A DNA stretch of 64,000 bases from Neoechinorhynchus agilis. Lineage: Eukaryota; Animalia; Acanthocephala. Shown here piece after piece: positions 58,270-64,000 of this stretch. The position numbers were made by a program, and so were the translations under genes. Numbering within the stretch: the first letter of the stretch is position 1; each line of letters begins with the position of its first letter. The notes beneath the pieces are model-generated. The model was not told the DNA's origin, made no database searches, and was given only the letters and a program-made list of their open reading frames with translations. The stretch covers positions 962,389-1,026,388 of the forward strand of contig CM121343.1 in assembly GCA_051530055.1 (NCBI GenBank). The letters run 5' to 3'.

Positions 58270-58420
58270 GTAAATTAATCTTGTGCCAAAAGAGCTGGTG
58301 CCATCCTGCGCCAAAACATTGGTCTCGCGATCCAAAGAGGAAACTCAACGAGTGTGGTCGCGACCACTGAGGGGAGAGCGATGTCTTTTCTTCGTGGACG
58401 GTGGCGATTGTTGAAACGTT
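58270..58420 (+). mobile_element. CRE 3' tail fragment, same subfamily as 11-240
   Basis: gagctggtgccatcctgcgccaaaacattggtctcgcgatccaaagaggaaac...gtggacggtggcgattgttgaaacg is nearly identical to 108-237. Confidence 0.75.
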
Positions 58421-59357
58421 TTGTGTTTGTCAATTGCAGAATTTAATAAACGGGTTGCCCGTATAAAAAATATCAAATTCAATTAATAAAGTACTTCAAT
58501 TTTTTCGCCATGTAGAAACGCGTCCTTATTTTAAGTGAGCATTTAAAATAAAGAAACGTTTAAAATGGTCAGGCGAATATCTTTAGTTAGCTAAAAGGTA
58601 AACTTTAAAGCAATCAGAAACGACCTTCAAGCATTGTATTTCTCTTTTTCCACGTGGATTTAATCATGATTAACAATTGAGGGAAAGATATCATCCTAGA
58701 AATTCTTCTGTACGGAAACGGTATTACCAATATTTAATTTGCAGACTTTGGTTTATTCTTTTAAATTTTTTGGGCGGGCAATCCGTTTATTAAATTTTGC
58801 AAATGGAAACACAAAATCTTACGCGAGATCGCAATTAAAACAAAAAATTTTTTTTGACTGTTACAATTTATTTAACCAAAAGCAAGCATACATAATTTAT
58901 AGTCTCTTCGACGCTCCTATTCATCGGCGCTGGCCAAAATGCTAGCCGCATTGCCCCGCTGCACCGCAATGCTTATTTTTTGCGCCATTTTAAAAATTTA
59001 CTTAATTCTCGTAAAGAAGGGACACAGCGATGACTTAATTTCTCCGCGAATTTTCGATATAACAATTAACCGTCAAAATCTCGCATTTTCCACTATTTAA
59101 ATAGTTTCCTAAATTCGACAGTGTTTTTAATTGGTAACTTATTTTAGCAAAAACAAAATCTTACGCGATATCGCAATTAAAACAAAAATTGAAAATATTT
59201 GAAAAATTTACTTAATTCTCGTAAAGAAGGGACACAGCGATGACTTAATTTCTCTGCGAATTTTCGATTCTGATAATAACAATTATTTTCGGTCACAAAT
59301 CGGAAGCGTACTATTTCGGTGGCAAAAAGACACTTTTATTTTGCACTGGTTTTGCTC

Positions 59358-61263
59358 TCAATACATCCGGACTCGTTTATTTTTTTGGCGTCCATTACCA
59401 CTCCAGCGTTTCTTGTTTCTGAAATCACCGGACCGTTTCAACGTTGGTCGACGTCCGTGTCCGTTAGTTCTTGGCTCATTCATTGATTCGCCGAACAATT
59501 CATCAGGAGTTACAAGTTCTTTGGGGAGCTCACATGCAATACTTAGCTTCAAGCTCCTGCTATCGTGCCAAGAACTTGTTATATGTGGCACCAGTCGATT
59601 ACTCACCTCGAAGAATGCATTAAGTTTGTCGTCAGTGAATAAGATTTTCCCAATGTCTTTTCTAGGGTCGAAGTCCACGGTTTCTCCAAATGCCCGACGT
59701 AAAAAGAATATAATGACTGAGCATGACTGAAAGGCGAGCGTAGTGTTCAAATGGTAACTTGTGAACCCCGATCGACCCGATAATAGCGACGCGTTGGTGT
59801 CGACATTCTCGGATGACGATATGACCGCAAGTGCGGATGCGAGTGCTTCACGCGGACTCATTTTTGCAAGAATTTCGTCTGCAGATTCCATGAAACTTTC
59901 TTGGACGTCCGCGGTTATTGATGCTAGACTCTGGAAAGCGTCCCGGACGCGTGCCTTCATTAGATCAGAACTTGTGGGCGCTGGTACACGTTTGAAACGA
60001 ATATTCGTATGCACTTCGAGATTCTGAAGTTCATTTCGCTGCCTTGACTTATAGAGACAAATGCATCTACCCTTCCTACCGGCCCTTCCGGTTCGTCCAC
60101 TGCGATGTACATATTGATCTGAATCAATAGGAGGAGCCGTGACGACGACTAAGTCCACATTGGGGATATCGAGACCACGGGCAGCAACATCGGTCGTTAC
60201 CAAGACCCGATACTTTCCTTCCCTGAAACATTGCATTACCATTTCTCGTTTGTCCTGTGGAATGTCACCGTGTATTTCGTTGATTATCGTTTGTTTTATT
60301 TAAAGAAGACAACATCAGACGATAATCATTGAAGTTTAAAACATGACAGTCGAGATGAACGAGATTACTTGTGCTGAGCGCATCGGCTTCTTTTTTAGTA
60401 TCGCAAAAAACTATTGCTTGTCGGTGCAGGCCACAGTAACATCTTAGAATATTGGCGATCGTCTCTTCCCGTTCGGAGAATTCACATTTGATAGCGTAGT
60501 GATCGACACACGTTGAGGTTTGCAGTGAATCGTCTCCAACGAGATCAATGATTTTCGCTTTCGCCCCTTCACAATACTTGACGGCTGCGTCGTGAACCCA
60601 CTTGGGTACAGTTGCGGAGAAAATGAGTGTTTGTGGCCTAATCAGAGACTCTTTGTCCGTGGAAAAGTAAGGAGCGTAATTCAAAATGGTTTCCACGTCG
60701 TCCTTGAATCCCATATCCAACATCCGATCACATTCATCCAAAACCACACATTTCAAATAATCGAATGTGAACACTTTCTTCTCAAGATGATCTTTTATAC
60801 GTCCGGGAGTACCCACGATCATCGTTGGCTTTGATTTCCGGATTTGTTGAGCCTGCATGTAAACGTTAGAAGCGCCGCCATACAAGCACATCGCCCTCAG
60901 TTCCGGATAAAGCCATCGGACTGTGTCGAATGTCTGCTTAGCCAACTCCCGAGTCGGTGCCATCACTAAACAAAGTGGCCAGTTCGGAGATCTCGTGCTC
61001 GATCTCAACGTCTCGACGATGGGAAGCAAAAATCCAAGAGTCTTTCCAGTCCCAGTTCGCGACCTCACTATTACATTATAACCGCGAACAATTAACTTAA
61101 ACGTAGACACTTGGACCGGAAACAAATACTCGATCCCACGATCCCTTAGGTTCTTCTTTGTCTCTTCACTTAGTGAGAAGTTCTCAAACGCACCCGAAGT
61201 ACGAGCAATCTCATCACCTTCCGCTTCTATCATCCTTCCCAAAAACCAAAAAGTTCTTCTCAT
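59358..61263 (-). CDS. DDX21: DEAD-box RNA helicase of the DDX21/DDX50 family with GUCT domain; reading frame interrupted at 60276-60339
   Basis: Q motif LFPVQ, SRTGTGKT, PTRELA, TPGR, DECD, SAT, HGDIPQDKRE, TDVAARGLDIP, YVHRSGRTGRAG, then SLLSGRSGFTSYHL...AFFEV GUCT-like region and a basic tail; start codon uncertain; DDX21 and DDX50 cannot be distinguished. Confidence 0.88.
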
Positions 61264-61494
61264 ATCAACTCCTTACATTGTTCTTCCGCGTGAACATCTT
61301 AAATACGTCATTCATAACGATGTGTACCCCATGGACCATTTAATGAATCATCGACAAAATCCTACGAGTTAATGAATGTAAATTTTTTGGTGGAAATCAA
61401 CTCATCAGTCATTGTAAATTAAAATCAAATACGTTGTAACCGGGTTGATGTCCACCAAAAGTTTATAAATTTAATCAATTCCCTCAATAGTCCG

Positions 61495-63345
61495 AAAAGG
61501 GGGCGTCGTTAGTCGTCAAAATGGAATTTAGCTCTATTGTGTGGCTCAGATACGCGAGATCGCTATTCGACTTCCTCGCGAAATATTTCAATAAAATGTG
61601 AACTTCAACTAGTCATTAAGAGAAAATCTTTCGGGCCGGATAAACATATTTTATTAGATCGAGATATTCCGTTAGGAGGCGTCGTTAATCGTCTAAAAAG
61701 ATTTTAGTTGTTTTGTACTGCGTTGTTCGGGTACGCGAGATCGCTATTCGACTTCCTCGCGAAGTATTTCAATTAAATATATACTTCAACTAGTCATTGA
61801 GAGAAAATCTTTCGGGCCGGATAAACATATTTTATTAAATCGAGATATTCCGTTAGGAGGCGTCGTTAATGGTCTTAAAAGATTTTAGTTGTTTTGTATT
61901 GCGTTGCTCGGGTACGCGAGATCGCTATTCGACTTCCTCGCGAAATATTTCAATAAAATGTGAACTTCAACTAGTCATTAAGAGAAAATCTTTCGGGCCG
62001 GATAAACATATTTTATTAAATCGAGATATTCCGTTAGGAGGCGTCGTTAATGGTCTAAAAAGATTTTAGTTGTTTTGTATTGCGTTGCTCGGGTACGCGA
62101 GATCGCTATTCGACTTCCCTGCGAAATATTTCAATAAAATGTGAACTTCAACTAGTCATTAAGAGAAAATCTTTCGGGCCGGATAAACATATTTTGTTAA
62201 ATCGAGATATTTCGTTAGGAGGCTTCGTTAATCGTCTAAAAAGATTTTAGTTGTTTTGCGTGGCTAGAGTACGCGAGATCGCTATTCGACTTCCCTGCGA
62301 AATATTTCAATAAAATGTGAACTTCAACTAGTCATTAAGAGAAAATCTTTCGGGCCGGATAAACATATTTTATTAAATCGAGATATTCCGCTAGGACGCG
62401 TCGTTAATGGTCTAAAAAGATTTTAGTTGTTTTGTTTTGTGTGGCTTGTGTACGGGAGATCGCTATTTGACTTCCTCGCGAAGTATTTCAATAAAATGCG
62501 TACTTCAAGCAATAAATAAGAGAAAATCCTTCGGGCCGGATAAAACATATTTTACTAGATCGGGATATTCCGTTAGGAGGCGTCGTTAATGGTCGAAAAA
62601 GATTTTAGTTGTTTTGTATTGCTTGGCTCGGGTACGCGAGTTCGCCATTCGACTTCCTCGCGAAATATTTCAATTAAATATAGACTTCAACTAGTCATTG
62701 AGAGAAAATCTTTCGGGCCGGATAAACATATTTTATTAAATCGAGATATTTCGTTAAGAGGCGTCGTTAATGGTCGAAAAAGATTTTAGTTGTTTTGTAT
62801 TGCGTTGTTCGGGTACGCGAGATCGCTATTCGACTTCCTTGTGAAATATTTTAATAAAATGTGAACTTCAACTAGCAATTAAGAGAAAATCTTTCGGCCC
62901 GGATAAACATATTTTATTAAATCGAGATATTTCGTAAAGCGTCGTTAATGGTCGAAAAATACTAGTTATTTTGTATTGCTTGGCTCAGAGACGCGAGATC
63001 GCTTTTCGACTTCCTCGCGAAATATTTCAATTAAATGTGGACTTCAACTAGTCATTTAGAGAAAATCTTTCGGGCGGGATAAAACATATTTTATTAAATG
63101 GAGATATTTCGTTAGGAGGCGCCGTTAATGCTGATAAAAGATTTTAGTTGTATTGTATTGCGTTGCTCGTGTACGGGAGATCGCTATTCAACTTCCTCGC
63201 GAAATATTTCAAGAAAATATGTACTTCAAGTAATCATCAACAGAAAATCCTTCGGGCCGAATAAAAATACTTTATTGAATCTAAATATTTCGCGAGACGG
63301 CGTCGTCAACCGTCTAAAAAGATTTTAGTTCTATTGTGAGGCTCG
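61495..63345. repeat. 180-bp tandem satellite array, ~10 monomers
   Basis: tacgcgagatcgctattcgacttcc recurs at ~61551, 61731, 61911, 62091, 62271 and onward. Confidence 0.95.
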
Positions 63346-63676
63346 GGTACTCGCTACTGCTCGTATCGTTGTATTTGCCCATTTATAATATGGACGTCAT
63401 GAACCACGACGAGTGTTGGCACTTTTTAGTAAGAACGCCGAGAAACGCTTTATTTGGACTTTCAGTCTTGGTATGTTCAATATTTTTCGAAAATTCGGAA
63501 GTTCATGGCATGCGTTATTAAACACGTATTTCTGAACTATGCGATCATTGAGAAGGATATTTGTCGACAAGAAGCATTGACCGCTCATCGTTTTTTTATA
63601 GCCACCACAAATTATGTTGAGGCTTTCGATGTCGAAATTCCGTCACAATAAATGGGACCTTATTATTTAACTAAAG

Positions 63677-64000
63677 TTAAAAACCGTGCGGCTTGCAGTG
63701 GGGGTTTAGTGGCTGTTCCTGCGTCCTAACAACAGTGGATTGAGTTGGGCATTCTGATGTGGAGTTTAAATTCTTGTTATTCAACACGGATTTCCCGGTT
63801 GTGTTCATGTTGTCCGCTGTTTGGTTGACAGGAAATCTTTGGCAAGTATGTGCCATTCCAAATCGTGGGTCTTCGCCTGTGATGTTCGGTACCGGATTAT
63901 GGTCGTCGTCGTACATAGCAGGCCTGTGGACAGTGTTACACTGAGGCGGAAACGGTGCTCCATACGGCAAATGCTGTTGTAGCCATATAGCCTGCTGGCA
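63677..64000 (-). CDS. Possible last exon of a gene running off the window edge (low complexity, P/N/T-rich)
   Basis: Frame open from the window end to the stop at 63677 (CQQAIWLQQHLPYGAPFPPQ...KPHGF*); no homology recognised. Confidence 0.25.
   Translation of the reverse strand, partial: CQQAIWLQQHLPYGAPFPPQCNTVHRPAMYDDDHNPVPNITGEDPRFGMAHTCQRFPVNQTADNMNTTGKSVLNNKNLNSTSECPTQSTVVRTQEQPLNPHCKPHGF

Noticed and set aside
58800-59270. Short local direct duplications downstream of DDX21
   Set aside because: 35-65 bp AT-rich duplications with no TIR, TSD or structure; ordinary.
6715-63345. Tandem arrays (118, 209, 180, 345, 700 bp) as CRISPR arrays
   Set aside because: No unique spacers between repeats, no cas genes, eukaryotic context.

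Overview
Eukaryotic (invertebrate metazoan) genomic DNA, AT-rich, with mostly short (~40-55 nt) GT-AG introns and divergent protein sequences; the taxon cannot be fixed from the sequence. Host genes recognised by recalled similarity to human orthologues: first two exons of a nicotinic acetylcholine receptor-type subunit, an intronless tropomyosin-like gene, STOML2, EXOC4/Sec8, NOC2L, NCKAP1/Hem, translin (TSN), a DDX21/DDX50 helicase, an RPLP1-like remnant, glutaredoxin pseudogene pieces and one unidentified multi-exon coiled-coil gene. These are interleaved with decayed mobile DNA: about a dozen pieces of CRE-clade (RLE) non-LTR retrotransposons, two Penelope-like elements, an L2/Crack-type LINE family, MITE-like units, three tandem-repeat families (118, 209 and 180 bp) and a 1.78 kb inverted duplication. 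The most unusual signal is a two-copy small element (about 17284-17610 and 42339-42586) with terminal inverted arms. It contains all hammerhead ribozyme core motifs in a non-circularly permuted order, and one copy has a tRNA-like Pol III promoter just upstream. Also notable: a family of minimal Penelope-type hammerheads with an extra core purine, a 58-64 nt hairpin insertion lacking an AG acceptor inside the HGD motif of DDX21, and a translin intron whose donor site is supplied by a satellite monomer. All homology calls were made by eye without database searches, and exon and element boundaries are approximate.
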